From Chthoniobacteraceae bacterium (lineage in GTDB: Bacteria; Verrucomicrobiota; Verrucomicrobiia; Chthoniobacterales; Chthoniobacteraceae): 64,000 bases of DNA. Made by a program: the position numbers and the translations under genes. Each line of letters begins with the position of its first letter. The stretch's first letter is position 1. The notes beneath the pieces are model-generated. The model searched no databases and was not told the origin of the DNA. It saw nothing but the letters and a program-made list of their open reading frames with translations. Where the stretch lies: the NCBI GenBank assembly GCA_037190965.1, contig JBBCKI010000062.1:1-64000 (forward strand), written 5' to 3'. Below, piece after piece: positions 1-9,227 of this stretch.

Positions 1-136
1 CGCTTACGGCTTCAAAAATTTCGAAAATTACCGCCTCAGAGTCATTGCTCAATGCGGTTGAAATTCAAAACGGACTCAACCAACTCAAAATCAACCACTT
101 AATCCCGCTTCAGTCCCCAAACTTTGGTGTAGACCC
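1..136 (+). mobile_element. Right end of ISL3-like insertion sequence
   Basis: Transposase C-terminus followed by a putative terminal IR ending ...TTTGGTGTAGACCC. Confidence 0.65.
2..61 (+). CDS. ISL3-family transposase, C-terminal fragment (runs off window)
   Basis: Frame 2 reads AYGFKNFENYRLRVIAQCG*, the typical ISL3 C-terminal xAYGFRNFxNYRLR motif. Confidence 0.8.
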   Translation, partial: AYGFKNFENYRLRVIAQCG

Positions 137-186
137 AAAATCAACCACTTAATCCCGCTTCAGTCCCCAAACTTTGGTGTAGACCC
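87..186 (+). repeat. Perfect 50-bp tandem duplication of the IS end
   Basis: 87-136 is identical to 137-186 (AAAATCAACC...GTGTAGACCC). Confidence 0.95.
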
Positions 187-308
187 CCGGCGTGGTCCAG
201 CCCTGTCCAATTCAGTCCACGCAACGAGAAAAGGCGCGCTTTTGGAAGCGTTTGATAATCAGGAAGATAAGCCGGAGATGTCCGGCTCTGACATGACGAG
301 TCCAGTTT

Positions 309-341
309 TTGAAAACTGGCTCGAGCGGTAGGATTCGAACC
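309..341. repeat. att site (duplicated 3' part of tRNA-Asn)
   Basis: TTGAAAACTGGCTCGAGCGGTAGGATTCGAACC identical to 44239-44271. Confidence 0.95.
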
Positions 342-391
342 CAAAACCCCGCTTCTGAGGTGTATTACGGTTTCAATATGCGAGTGCTTGA

Positions 392-404
392 AATCAATGG
401 CTTA
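392..404 (+). promoter_or_regulatory. Putative IHF site in the att arm
   Basis: AATCAATGGCTTA matches WATCAANNNNTTR, 50 bp inside the att core. Confidence 0.5.
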
Positions 405-508
405 CGAGCAGGGTGTATGTAAATCAGTACACCCGGATTGCGAAAATCTCGTTACAGATTCGGTACAATTTTCTGGAATCTTGGGCGTATGACACCTACG
501 ATGGGTGA

Positions 509-1603
509 ATGAAAATCGTGAAGACGATCAAGGCCGGTCACGTCGAGATTGCTGTCAGGGAATATTCGGATGGCCGGTTTGGCTTCGACCGCGAGGAGAA
601 CGGCAAACGGAAACAATGCCGATGGCGGAATGCCGACGATGCGATTGCCGAGGCGAAAGAGCGAGTGAAGCTGACCAACGCCGGCAAGATCGATCTGCTC
701 CAGGTTTCTCGGGAGGAATGGATGGAGTTTCAGGCGTGGAAGAAAGCTCGCAGCCAAAGCCGCCTTGTTTCCGATGTCCGCGACGAACTCCTCGAACTCA
801 AGGCCACTGATACCGACCTCGATCCCGTGTGGATCACCAATTTGAAGGGGTCGTGCAAGCTGTTTTGCGAGCAGTTCGGCTCAAGAAACATGGCTGAAAT
901 TCAAGGCTCCGAGATCGAAGACTGGCTCAAGGCCCTCGGGAAAGCACCTCGGACACGGAACAACATCCGGAACATCATCGTTCAACTCTTCCGATTTGCT
1001 CGCGATCGGAAGTACCTGCCATGGGCAGAGCAGACGGCCGCCGAGCAAGTCGGGCGGTTGAAGATCAAGGCCCGGGCGGATGACATCGAGATCTACACGC
1101 CGGAAGAGGTTAAAAAGCTGCTGTCAGCGATCAGCGAGGACTTCCTTCCCTGGGCGATCATCGGCGGATTTGCTGGCGTCCGAACGGAGGAGATCCGCCC
1201 GAATAACACGAGCCACAAAGATCCGCTCCGATGGGAGGATATCCTCTGGGGCGAGAAGCAGATCTTCGTCAGGCCGGAGACGGCAAAGACCGGGCGGCAA
1301 AGATACGTTCCGATTGCCGACAACCTGCTCGCCTGGCTCCAGCCATACCGGAAGCGCAAAGGGGTGATCGTCGAGCGCCCCGTGAATTCGCTTTACACGG
1401 AGATTTCACGATTGGATGGCGTCACCTATCGGAAGAACGCGTTACGGCACTCATACGGGAGCTATCGGAACGCCATCGTCAAGAATATCGCGCAGGTATC
1501 CGAGGAGATGGGGAACTCCATCGCCGTGGCGCGCAGGAACTACGAGCGGCCGCAGCCGAGGGCCATTGCTGACGAGTGGTTCGGCATCATGCCTAAGAAG
1601 TAG
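509..1603 (+). CDS. int: Tyrosine recombinase (phage integrase)
   Basis: GVRTEE (R), TAKTG (K), LRHSYGSY and C-terminal Y motifs; adjacent to att. Confidence 0.93.
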   Translation: MKIVKTIKAGHVEIAVREYSDGRFGFDREENGKRKQCRWRNADDAIAEAKERVKLTNAGKIDLLQVSREEWMEFQAWKKARSQSRLVSDVRDELLELKATDTDLDPVWITNLKGSCKLFCEQFGSRNMAEIQGSEIEDWLKALGKAPRTRNNIRNIIVQLFRFARDRKYLPWAEQTAAEQVGRLKIKARADDIEIYTPEEVKKLLSAISEDFLPWAIIGGFAGVRTEEIRPNNTSHKDPLRWEDILWGEKQIFVRPETAKTGRQRYVPIADNLLAWLQPYRKRKGVIVERPVNSLYTEISRLDGVTYRKNALRHSYGSYRNAIVKNIAQVSEEMGNSIAVARRNYERPQPRAIADEWFGIMPKK

Positions 1604-2675
1604 CGTTGTAGTCGTCGGTGTGCTCGACTCCCTCGTCGCCCCATCCGAGGTTGTCGCCGCCGTTTTTCCCGCCACTGGCCGGCTTGCCGTCTGGCGACTC
1701 ACCTTCAATGACCGTCTTCAGTCCATCGTTTTTTTGGAGGGTGTGCGTGATCCGTTTCGCGAGCCAGATTCCGTCCGCGCGAGGGTGGAAGCCCTGAAGG
1801 TTGACGATCTGCTCGGCGACGACGTCGAGGCGCCCCCCTGGAACTGAAATCGAGAATGTCTTCGATCCTCGCTGGCTGTCGCGGAGCTTCGACTTCGCCT
1901 GCGACTCGGCGATCGACTCGTTGTAGGCGGCCGTGTGCTCAACGTGGATCTTTTCTCCCGATCCGGCGATGACCGACTTCGTGTCGCCCCAGTCAAGGTC
2001 GTGGTAGACCACTTCAACCGCGTCATATTCCATCCTTCGCGCGAGGGTGAATTTCCAGCGCGGCGAAACCTGCGAGCGCATGATCGTCGCAGTCGGCATC
2101 GCCTTTCCGGATACGGTTTCCGACGCGTCAGAGCGCGCAAAAACTAAGCGTCCGAAAGTCGGCTTGTAGATCGCGCCGTATTGGCGGGCGAGCCGCGTCA
2201 AAAGGTTATTGTCGCTCTCGCTGGTCTGGTCGATGTGTGGAATCTGGGTAGCGGCGAGTTGCGCGTCGACCGATGGCTCAAGGCCGTTCTCAGAAGCGAT
2301 TTGTTTGACCAAGTCGCCGAGCGTCACGGTGTCGAAGCTGCGCGATTTCTTCGCTTGCATCGCCTTCAGTTTGTCGGCGTTTTCAAATGGACATGCGCGG
2401 CCCACGATGCAGATCCTGTCGGGGTCGCCCTCGATAGTAACTTCGTCGACCACGAAAGAGCCGACGCTGTGGAGGTTGTTGACGTAGCCGAGTTCGACGA
2501 CGATGATGTCGCCCTCCTTCGGTAGCTCGATCTGCCAGCCGGTGTCCTCGAGGTCGATTTGCAAGGAGTCGCTCTGCTCGTCGGTCTGATCAGTGACGGA
2601 GATCGAAAGGAGGCGCCCGGCGTAGTTCGCCGTTACGTCTTTGCCCTTGGATGTGAGTCGGTAGGCTGGGATCAT
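1593..2675 (-). CDS. Phage late control / baseplate hub protein, P2 GpD-like
   Basis: RLLSISVTD..SDSL, HIDQTSESD.NLLTRLA motifs; follows gpX. Confidence 0.9.
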   Translation of the reverse strand: MIPAYRLTSKGKDVTANYAGRLLSISVTDQTDEQSDSLQIDLEDTGWQIELPKEGDIIVVELGYVNNLHSVGSFVVDEVTIEGDPDRICIVGRACPFENADKLKAMQAKKSRSFDTVTLGDLVKQIASENGLEPSVDAQLAATQIPHIDQTSESDNNLLTRLARQYGAIYKPTFGRLVFARSDASETVSGKAMPTATIMRSQVSPRWKFTLARRMEYDAVEVVYHDLDWGDTKSVIAGSGEKIHVEHTAAYNESIAESQAKSKLRDSQRGSKTFSISVPGGRLDVVAEQIVNLQGFHPRADGIWLAKRITHTLQKNDGLKTVIEGESPDGKPASGGKNGGDNLGWGDEGVEHTDDYNATS

Positions 2676-2890
2676 GAGAAGAGGCGCACGACGTCCCTAC
2701 GCGCCGGGGAGACGACCGGCAGCGTGATCATGAGACCTGCGGGCAATTCTGGCCCATAGGCGCCGAGGTCAAGCCCGCGGTTTGCTTCGTAGGTCGCCTC
2801 GACTTCTCCGTTGCTGGTCTGCCCGTAAAAGCGATGACAGATCGCGTCGATGCTGTCGCCATCCTTTGTCTGGTAGGTTTGCGCTGTCAT
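2672..2890 (-). CDS. Tail protein X (LysM-like), P2 GpX
   Basis: YQTKDGDSIDAICHRFYG...ANRGL...LPAGL.ITLP. Confidence 0.9.
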   Translation of the reverse strand: MTAQTYQTKDGDSIDAICHRFYGQTSNGEVEATYEANRGLDLGAYGPELPAGLMITLPVVSPARRDVVRLFS

Positions 2891-3333
2891 TTTCCAAAGC
2901 CGACGATGCTGGCAGGGTCATTGATCATCATGGAGATCGCCGTCATCGTGTCGGTGTATTTTTTGAGGGTGATCGTAAACTCGACTTTCTTCGGAGCGCC
3001 CATGTCATTGAATTTGGAATCCGCTTGATCAATGCCTTCGATGACGTAGAACCCGAAGATCAAGCCCGGCCCCGAAACCATCAGCATCGGCTTGCCGCGA
3101 TCTGCGAAGATGGCCATCGCTTCCAGTTGCGCACGGCCCCCGGTGCTCAAAGCCGACAATATCGTTCCACGGAGTTGAACTGTCTCTGCCCGGGGGCCGG
3201 TAAATTGCAACTTCGGAGCCGCGCCGACGACCTCTTGCTCGGCCCAAACCCATCCGCGCGAGCGCGCAAGATCTTCGTAGGCGGCTGTGCCAATGCCGAA
3301 TCGAAACGGCCCGAGTGCCATCATTGTAAGCAT
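2887..3333 (-). CDS. Tail protein, P2 GpU-like
   Basis: MMALGPFRF...W...LQFTGP...L.G...G.YVI...KKVEFTITL. Confidence 0.9.
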   Translation of the reverse strand: MLTMMALGPFRFGIGTAAYEDLARSRGWVWAEQEVVGAAPKLQFTGPRAETVQLRGTILSALSTGGRAQLEAMAIFADRGKPMLMVSGPGLIFGFYVIEGIDQADSKFNDMGAPKKVEFTITLKKYTDTMTAISMMINDPASIVGFGK

Positions 3334-3334
3334 A

Positions 3335-5224
3335 TCAGTCGTGGAGGTAGCCCCCGGCGAGGGCTGGATTTTGTTTCATCATTCGGCCAACCTCATCGGC
3401 CACGGCGCGTTCGCTCTGGCCCGGCTGGGTGGTGATATTGAAATTGAAGGTTTGATTGATTGGGCCGGTCGTGGGTTTGCGCTCGAGCGTCTTGATCCGC
3501 TCCTCGACCTTCTCCAGCTTCTTCTTTGGGCCGATAGCCAATTCTTCGCCCTGTTGCTTTGATCCGAAGATACTGCCGAGCTTATTGGCGACCTTATCAA
3601 TGAGATCCAAGCCGAATGAGCCATCCGCGAATCGGGAGACGGCATTCTTGCTCGTGTCCTTTTCAAGCTCTTTCTTCAACTCTCCCGCCTTCTTGATTTT
3701 TTCTTCAGTCGGGAGGTTATTTTTACCGAATACAGCGTCTCCGAGAACTGATTTCTGGTAGGTTCTTCCAGCCTGGTTTTCCAAGAATAGAAGCCCGGCA
3801 CCAGTCGCAACCCAAGGAAACATCGAATAAGTTGCCCAAGCTCCATTCAGTGCTTTCGCTAAATTTCCCACGGCAATCGTGGCCAACCCGACAGTTGTTA
3901 TGACGGGCGCCAATGACACAGCAGCAAGAACGCCGAAGGCCAGATCGGCATCATCAATATAGCTCGTTAGATCTACTAGACAATCAATGATCTTCTCTCC
4001 TTTTTGCACCGCCCTTTCAGCCATCTCAGAAATTACGTTGCCGAGGTGCTCTATTTTATCAGGGTTCTTATCCACCCAATCTGAGAACTTGTTCAGATAG
4101 TTGGTAAAGACGGGAGCGAGCGCATCTCCAATCCTGTTGAAAACGCCCTCGACCGTTCCTCCAAAAGTCGCGAAGGCCTTGCCGAGTTCATCGGCGCGCT
4201 GCTTCATCTCCTCAGTCGGAGACAGCCCGAGCTTTTCACCCTTGGCGGCGAACTCGTCGATTACGCCCGGGCCTTTCTTCAGCACCGCGAAAAGTTTTGA
4301 GGCTTCTGCCCCGAGGAGCCGGGTAAGGACGACGGCGATGTCCATCTTTCCGTCGTAGTTCTGGACTCGGATCGCGAATTCTTTGAGTTGCTGCTCGGGA
4401 TCGAGTTTGGCGAACCTGCCAGGATTGATTCGAAGGGCGCGCCAGGCATCAGCTGCCTTGCCTTTTCCATTCTTGGCTCCCTCGGCCTTCTCTTTCAATT
4501 GCTCAAGAATCGAGTCCAGCTTGCCCGCCTCAATGCCAGTGCTTGCGGCGGCGAGGCGCATTCCGACGAGCGCTCGCGTCGTAACTCCGAGTCCGTGCGC
4601 AACCGAGGTTGTATCACTCAGCCTCGACAGGTAATTTTTCTCGAAATCGTAGACCTTTTTGCCCGTGTAGATGGTCGCGCCGACGAGAGCCGTGATTGCA
4701 ATGCCGACCGCGACTGCGCGCCGGTTTAGCGTTTTGAAGGCGTCTCCGATCTTATGGATCTTTTGCGCCGATCGCTCGGATCGGTCGAACTGCTCGCTTG
4801 TTTTTAATGCAGCTTGACGGAGCCTCTCCTGTTCCTTGGAGAGATTCTTTGTGTCAACGCCAGCTTTCTTGAGCTGATCGTCAAGCTTGTGAAGTGCCTG
4901 ATATTCTTTGTCAACGGCCGACGTGGCCTTCTTGACCTCGGCGGCCAATCTCGTTGCCTCGCGCCGGGCCTCCTTTTCGTTGGGATACTTTGCAGATAGA
5001 GCGGCTGCTTTTCTTTGAAGAGCGATCTTCTTGTTGAGATCCCGCTCGGCGTCCCGAACTGCGCGCTCCTGCACCTTGGTCTGACCGACCAATGTCGACG
5101 CCTGGTTGATCTTCTCGAGCTCCTTCCCGAGCTTCTTGGCCTCACTTGACGCAGAAGTGAATGCGCCCTTGACGGACGATCCAAGCTCCGCGCCGATGCT
5201 GATGATGGCTTTGAATTTGCTCAT
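3335..5224 (-). CDS. Tail tape measure protein
   Basis: 629 aa, Ala/Lys-rich helical, between chaperone and gpU. Confidence 0.85.
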   Translation of the reverse strand: MSKFKAIISIGAELGSSVKGAFTSASSEAKKLGKELEKINQASTLVGQTKVQERAVRDAERDLNKKIALQRKAAALSAKYPNEKEARREATRLAAEVKKATSAVDKEYQALHKLDDQLKKAGVDTKNLSKEQERLRQAALKTSEQFDRSERSAQKIHKIGDAFKTLNRRAVAVGIAITALVGATIYTGKKVYDFEKNYLSRLSDTTSVAHGLGVTTRALVGMRLAAASTGIEAGKLDSILEQLKEKAEGAKNGKGKAADAWRALRINPGRFAKLDPEQQLKEFAIRVQNYDGKMDIAVVLTRLLGAEASKLFAVLKKGPGVIDEFAAKGEKLGLSPTEEMKQRADELGKAFATFGGTVEGVFNRIGDALAPVFTNYLNKFSDWVDKNPDKIEHLGNVISEMAERAVQKGEKIIDCLVDLTSYIDDADLAFGVLAAVSLAPVITTVGLATIAVGNLAKALNGAWATYSMFPWVATGAGLLFLENQAGRTYQKSVLGDAVFGKNNLPTEEKIKKAGELKKELEKDTSKNAVSRFADGSFGLDLIDKVANKLGSIFGSKQQGEELAIGPKKKLEKVEERIKTLERKPTTGPINQTFNFNITTQPGQSERAVADEVGRMMKQNPALAGGYLHD

Positions 5225-5373
5225 TTAGGCAGCTCTCCAAGACAGATAACGAAATCCTCACAGTCCATTCTCCCGATAGGCTCGAGGCCCCCGCCGATGA
5301 GTTCAGCGAGGGCCATCATTGCGCGCAGAAGTTCGCGGCTGCCTAGCGCCGCGACTTCTTGCGTCCCAAAAAA
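5221..5373 (-). CDS. gpE'-like extension reached by -1 frameshift from the tail chaperone
   Basis: Slippery T TTT TTG (5367-5373); -1 frame open to TGA at 5221, overlapping the tape measure ATG. Confidence 0.75.
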   Translation of the reverse strand, partial: FFGTQEVAALGSRELLRAMMALAELIGGGLEPIGRMDCEDFVICLGELPK

Positions 5374-5615
5374 CTTTTGAGCTTCTCCTGCAATGCCGAG
5401 TAGTCGGAGTAATCGAGTTTCCCGATGTCGTCCGGGGTAAGGCCGGCGAGGTTCGCGAAAAGCGTGAGCTCCATATCCTCGTCGAAGTCTGCGGACTTCT
5501 TGGCAGCGCGCATATCGTCGACGGTCGGACGACGGAGGGTGATAGCGGCGATCTTGGTCCCGTCAACGGTGATCGGGTATTCGAGGTCAACGGTGTTTGG
5601 ATTCTTGGTGGCCAT
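5343..5615 (-). CDS. Tail assembly chaperone (gpE/gp41-like)
   Basis: LEYPITVDG...ITLRRPTVDD...LD.SDY motif; after tail tube. Confidence 0.88.
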   Translation of the reverse strand: MATKNPNTVDLEYPITVDGTKIAAITLRRPTVDDMRAAKKSADFDEDMELTLFANLAGLTPDDIGKLDYSDYSALQEKLKSFLGRKKSRR

Positions 5616-5620
5616 AAAAC

Positions 5621-6130
5621 TTAGATGCCGAGGGCGCCACGCTGGGCGGCGAGTTGATCAACGCCGTCGATGATGCGGATCATGTTCGGAACGTCGATGT
5701 GATGGACCAGGACGCCGCCCTGCGTGTATTTGTAAACGAGGACGTCGACCGTGAACTTGTTCTCAACCTTCTCGCCGGACTTCCACGCGCCCGGCTCAAG
5801 ACCGTTGACGTTGCCAGTGATGTTGATCACGACGGGTTCGACGGTGCCGTTCAGGTTTTGCAACGCGCCACGGGCGGTCAGTTGCTTGCCTGTGCCGTCA
5901 GCCAGTCCCCAGAGCTTGAGCACCTCCGGCGAGAATTTCGTGAGAGTGAAACTGGCCTCGAGATCCTCCATCCCCATGTCGACCTTGATGGAGGAATCGA
6001 GACCGCCTCCGCGGAACCCTTCCTTGAGGATCTTGAGGTTCGGGGGCTGGAACTCGGGACAGTTGCCGGCATAGCCGCGACCGTCCACGAAGAGGTTGAA
6101 ATTTTTCAGGATTTGATCTGCGGCAGCCAT
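5621..6130 (-). CDS. Major tail tube protein (P2 FII-like)
   Basis: LKNFNLFVDG...RGGG.D...DMGME...W..G...ID..N.IR.IDGVDQLA. Confidence 0.93.
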   Translation of the reverse strand: MAAADQILKNFNLFVDGRGYAGNCPEFQPPNLKILKEGFRGGGLDSSIKVDMGMEDLEASFTLTKFSPEVLKLWGLADGTGKQLTARGALQNLNGTVEPVVINITGNVNGLEPGAWKSGEKVENKFTVDVLVYKYTQGGVLVHHIDVPNMIRIIDGVDQLAAQRGALGI

Positions 6131-6131
6131 A

Positions 6132-7607
6132 TTACTTGGTGAGTTCCTCCAGGTAGTCGTTCACGATGATCGATTTGAACGTGATGTGTTCAGCCGGGTA
6201 GGGCGGCGTGAACTCGAAGTTGAAGTAGACCTTCCCCTGCGAGATGTTCGCCGGGCTGTTCAGATCCGGGTCGGGGTAGCAGCGACCGCCGAGGATGGCG
6301 CCTTCGTTTTTGAGCGTGGAGAGATACGCGTTGACGCTCTCGGAAACGTCCTTCAGGTAGGTCTTCGTAATGTTCCGGTCGACCGCCCAAAGATGACCCC
6401 GCAGGATGGAATCATTGATCATGTCCGCCGTGCGCCGCACGGACAGGAACGCGAACCTGGGATCGGCTGAGAGTGTCCGGTTGCCCCATAGTCGGTAGCC
6501 ATTTTGTCGGATGACCGTCGTGATATTGGCTTCGTTGAGCAGGTTCGCTCGGCAATTCGGGTCGCCGAGGGTGTAGTCAATCGGCCGCGTGGTCCCGACG
6601 ATTCCGTTGATCTCCTGATTCGATGGACTCCACCAGAAGCCGCGCTCATTGTCGCTCTTGGCGATGAGTCCAGCGACCCGAGGGCTGCTCGGTTCGATGA
6701 CAACAAAGCCATCGCGAGAGACCTTCAGTCCCGGGTCGACAAGGTAAACGCGGTCACTCCCGAAATCGCCGCCGTAGGAGATTGCCTCGGCGTCGGTCGT
6801 GTCCGGGCCATCGGCGACGACAATTGCACGGAGTCGCTGCGCGATACCGACCATCTCAGCGAGAACGGCTTGTTCGGAACTGAAGCCGGGAGCGATCAGG
6901 ATTCGCGGAACAACCCCGAGGACGGACTCCGCGCCAAGGAAGGCGTGAACCCCCTCGAAGTTTGCGCCGTCGACGCCTCCGATGACGTTCTCTTCGCCGG
7001 GCTCCACGCGCACGACGACAATCGCCGCGCCGACCTGGTCGAAGATCCCATCAATGGCGTTCGGGAGCGTTCCAGTCGCGCCAAGCTTGGCGGCTTCAAA
7101 TCGGCTGCCGGCGATAAGGGCGGGAGTGTTGAGCGGGAACGGTTCATCCGCACCCCCCGAGAGCGTTGCCCGTGCAAATGCCGACACGACCCCGGCGCCC
7201 GTGCTGCTTCCGGTATTCGTGGCAACAACCAAGGCGGCGGCTTCGGACTTTGCTGCAATTGCGGCAATGACGTTTGCGGCCGTGGAAGTGACCGCCTTCT
7301 CGGAACTCGTCGCGAGATTGACGGTGATCGCCTGACCGGAAACGGTAACGGACAGTGTTGCGCTCGCCGTATTGGGAGCAATGAAGGCGATGGATGTCCT
7401 ATTTCCGAGCACGCCGGTAAGCTTGCTCGTGATCGTCAGCGCGGAATTCGCGGCGCTCGACGTGGTTTGAAAGGAGGCCTTGACCTCGGGAGCGGCATCG
7501 GGGGCGGTGCCGATGATGCCGATGACCGAACTCTTGACGGTTCGAATCGGGCGCGGGCCGGAGGATACCTCAATGACCTCGACGCCGTGTAAAAATTGTT
7601 CAGGCAT
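6132..7607 (-). CDS. Tail sheath protein (P2 FI-like)
   Basis: FLHGVEV, PRILIAPGF, GFWWSPSN, GYRLWGNRT, VRRTAD motifs. Confidence 0.95.
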   Translation of the reverse strand: MPEQFLHGVEVIEVSSGPRPIRTVKSSVIGIIGTAPDAAPEVKASFQTTSSAANSALTITSKLTGVLGNRTSIAFIAPNTASATLSVTVSGQAITVNLATSSEKAVTSTAANVIAAIAAKSEAAALVVATNTGSSTGAGVVSAFARATLSGGADEPFPLNTPALIAGSRFEAAKLGATGTLPNAIDGIFDQVGAAIVVVRVEPGEENVIGGVDGANFEGVHAFLGAESVLGVVPRILIAPGFSSEQAVLAEMVGIAQRLRAIVVADGPDTTDAEAISYGGDFGSDRVYLVDPGLKVSRDGFVVIEPSSPRVAGLIAKSDNERGFWWSPSNQEINGIVGTTRPIDYTLGDPNCRANLLNEANITTVIRQNGYRLWGNRTLSADPRFAFLSVRRTADMINDSILRGHLWAVDRNITKTYLKDVSESVNAYLSTLKNEGAILGGRCYPDPDLNSPANISQGKVYFNFEFTPPYPAEHITFKSIIVNDYLEELTK

Positions 7608-7974
7608 TTGCGCTTAGTTTCCTTTTTTGATGGCTGCTTTTCTTGTGCAGATGCTTCTTCTCCGCTTCTCTCAAGATTCTGTTACGCCAAGCGCGTTCAT
7701 TGCTTCTCTTTACGTCAATAGTGACTTTGAGCGGAATCAGTGGAACGGGGTGAAGCGTGGCGAAATGACTGGCGATCATGGACTCAAACTGACGAGGGCG
7801 ATCAATCCCCCATGACGTATCGACGCAATCAACCTCGAGTCCTAGCTTGCGTAGCGCATCTGCGATAATCAACTGAACCGTAGTCTTCCCGGTCGCGCCT
7901 CCGCGGCCTTCCACGATGATCCTCAAAGGACCGAAATCGCTCTCCAGTCGCTTAGTGTTTTTGTTCTCCTTCAT
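7600..7974 (-). CDS. Small P-loop-containing hypothetical protein
   Basis: IIVEGRGGATGKTT Walker-A-like motif; overlaps the sheath start. Confidence 0.55.
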   Translation of the reverse strand: MKENKNTKRLESDFGPLRIIVEGRGGATGKTTVQLIIADALRKLGLEVDCVDTSWGIDRPRQFESMIASHFATLHPVPLIPLKVTIDVKRSNERAWRNRILREAEKKHLHKKSSHQKRKLSANA

Positions 7975-8004
7975 GATGGGTGTCGTGATCTGACGTGGCT
8001 GCGG

Positions 8005-8544
8005 TTATTTGCACCAGCGGAAGCCGAGCAGGTCGGCCCGGCTGTAAATGGAGATCCTGACCTTGTTGCTCTGATTCCCGCCAAGAAGAGCGAGGCTGTC
8101 CCTGTCTTCGGCGACGCAGAATGCAACGTGCCCCTCCCATTCGGAGGTTCCGCGGCGAAGGACGGTCACGCATCCATAGCGAGGGGAGGCTAATGCAATG
8201 CCCCACTGGAGCCATGAGCGGGCCGCCGCGCTGCGAGCGTAAGGGAAGCCAGACTTCGCCATGCAGAAGTTTGCGAAGCTCGAGCACCATGCAGTTTCGT
8301 CATTCCGAGCCCCAAGATCGGTGAAGCTGTGATATTCGAGGATGCGAGGGTTGTGCTTTGCCCCGACGATCTCCGTTACGCCGAGTTCTTTCTCAGCCAC
8401 GCCCAGCCACTTCGGAGCCGCGACGCCGATGGATGCCTGATAGGCGTTCATCGCCGCTTGTGTGAGCGGTCCCCAATCCCCGTCAACCGTGCCGCGATAG
8501 TAGGGTTTTAGAATTCCCGACTGGAGCTTTTTAATATCGATCAC
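8005..8544 (-). CDS. Endolysin: peptidoglycan-binding domain plus TIGR02594 (NlpC/P60/CHAP-like) domain
   Basis: VDGDWGPLTQAAM PG-binding motif; DETAWCSSF, GHVAF, LGGNQS; GTG start overlaps upstream stop. Confidence 0.85.
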   Translation of the reverse strand: MIDIKKLQSGILKPYYRGTVDGDWGPLTQAAMNAYQASIGVAAPKWLGVAEKELGVTEIVGAKHNPRILEYHSFTDLGARNDETAWCSSFANFCMAKSGFPYARSAAARSWLQWGIALASPRYGCVTVLRRGTSEWEGHVAFCVAEDRDSLALLGGNQSNKVRISIYSRADLLGFRWCK

Positions 8545-9227
8545 TTTGCGTACCCCCTCGGCTTCAGAGTGATGTTTCCGCCGATGCTCTTCTCGCCGTC
8601 GCTGTAGAATGCGCCGTAGCTGCGCTCGTAGTTTTCGCGGTATTCTTTGACGGCACCGCATCCCGAAATGGATGCAATCGAGGCGATGATAATGATCAAG
8701 AGTCCAATTTTCATGATGGTCCTTTCTGGTTTGTTTTCACCTTGCCACGACAGCCAGCCGAATAGCCGAACGGCGGTGTAGATGGCGGTTCGCCCGGCGA
8801 AGTTTCTGGCTCTCTTTCCAAGGATCTTGATTTTTCCTGAAAGGTTGTTCGCGGTTCCTTCGTGCGCTTTGTCCTTGGCTTTGATGGCGGCCAAAAAGAG
8901 CCGATCGATCTCCGCGCGATCTCCAAGCTTTATAAGTTGGCCAGTTCCAGAGAGGATGTAATATCCTCCAGAACGATAGCCGCGGTCGTGGAAAACCGCT
9001 TCGTAGGCATAGCGCGGATCTGTTGGCGAGAGGATGCTCCAAAAGATTTTTGGAATGCTCGCAAAGTCGGTGATATCGCCGGCGGGGACTTCGTAGCAGT
9101 CGCCCTTCGCGTGAAAGCGGAGAGGTTCGAAAAGCCGAGCATTGGGGCGACTCTTCGAAAGTCCGAGTCGCAGGATTTCATCGATGTCCAGCCACTCAAT
9201 CAGAAGTTTCGAAACGAAGACGATCAT
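8541..9227 (-). CDS. DUF1353-family protein with in-frame C-terminal lipoprotein segment
   Basis: VPAG.ITDFASIP..FW...Y...AVFHD..Y motif; C-terminal MKIGLLIIIIASIASISGC. Confidence 0.75.
   Translation of the reverse strand: MIVFVSKLLIEWLDIDEILRLGLSKSRPNARLFEPLRFHAKGDCYEVPAGDITDFASIPKIFWSILSPTDPRYAYEAVFHDRGYRSGGYYILSGTGQLIKLGDRAEIDRLFLAAIKAKDKAHEGTANNLSGKIKILGKRARNFAGRTAIYTAVRLFGWLSWQGENKPERTIMKIGLLIIIIASIASISGCGAVKEYRENYERSYGAFYSDGEKSIGGNITLKPRGYAK

Noticed and set aside
87..186. CRISPR array
   Set aside because: Two abutting 50-bp copies with no spacer; no cas genes
317..341. Second tRNA gene
   Set aside because: Only the 3' acceptor strand and part of the T-arm; it is the att duplication
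6504..7592. 362-aa plus-strand ORF (also 23000-24010, 25889-26908, 60760-61845)
   Set aside because: Antisense shadows of well-supported genes
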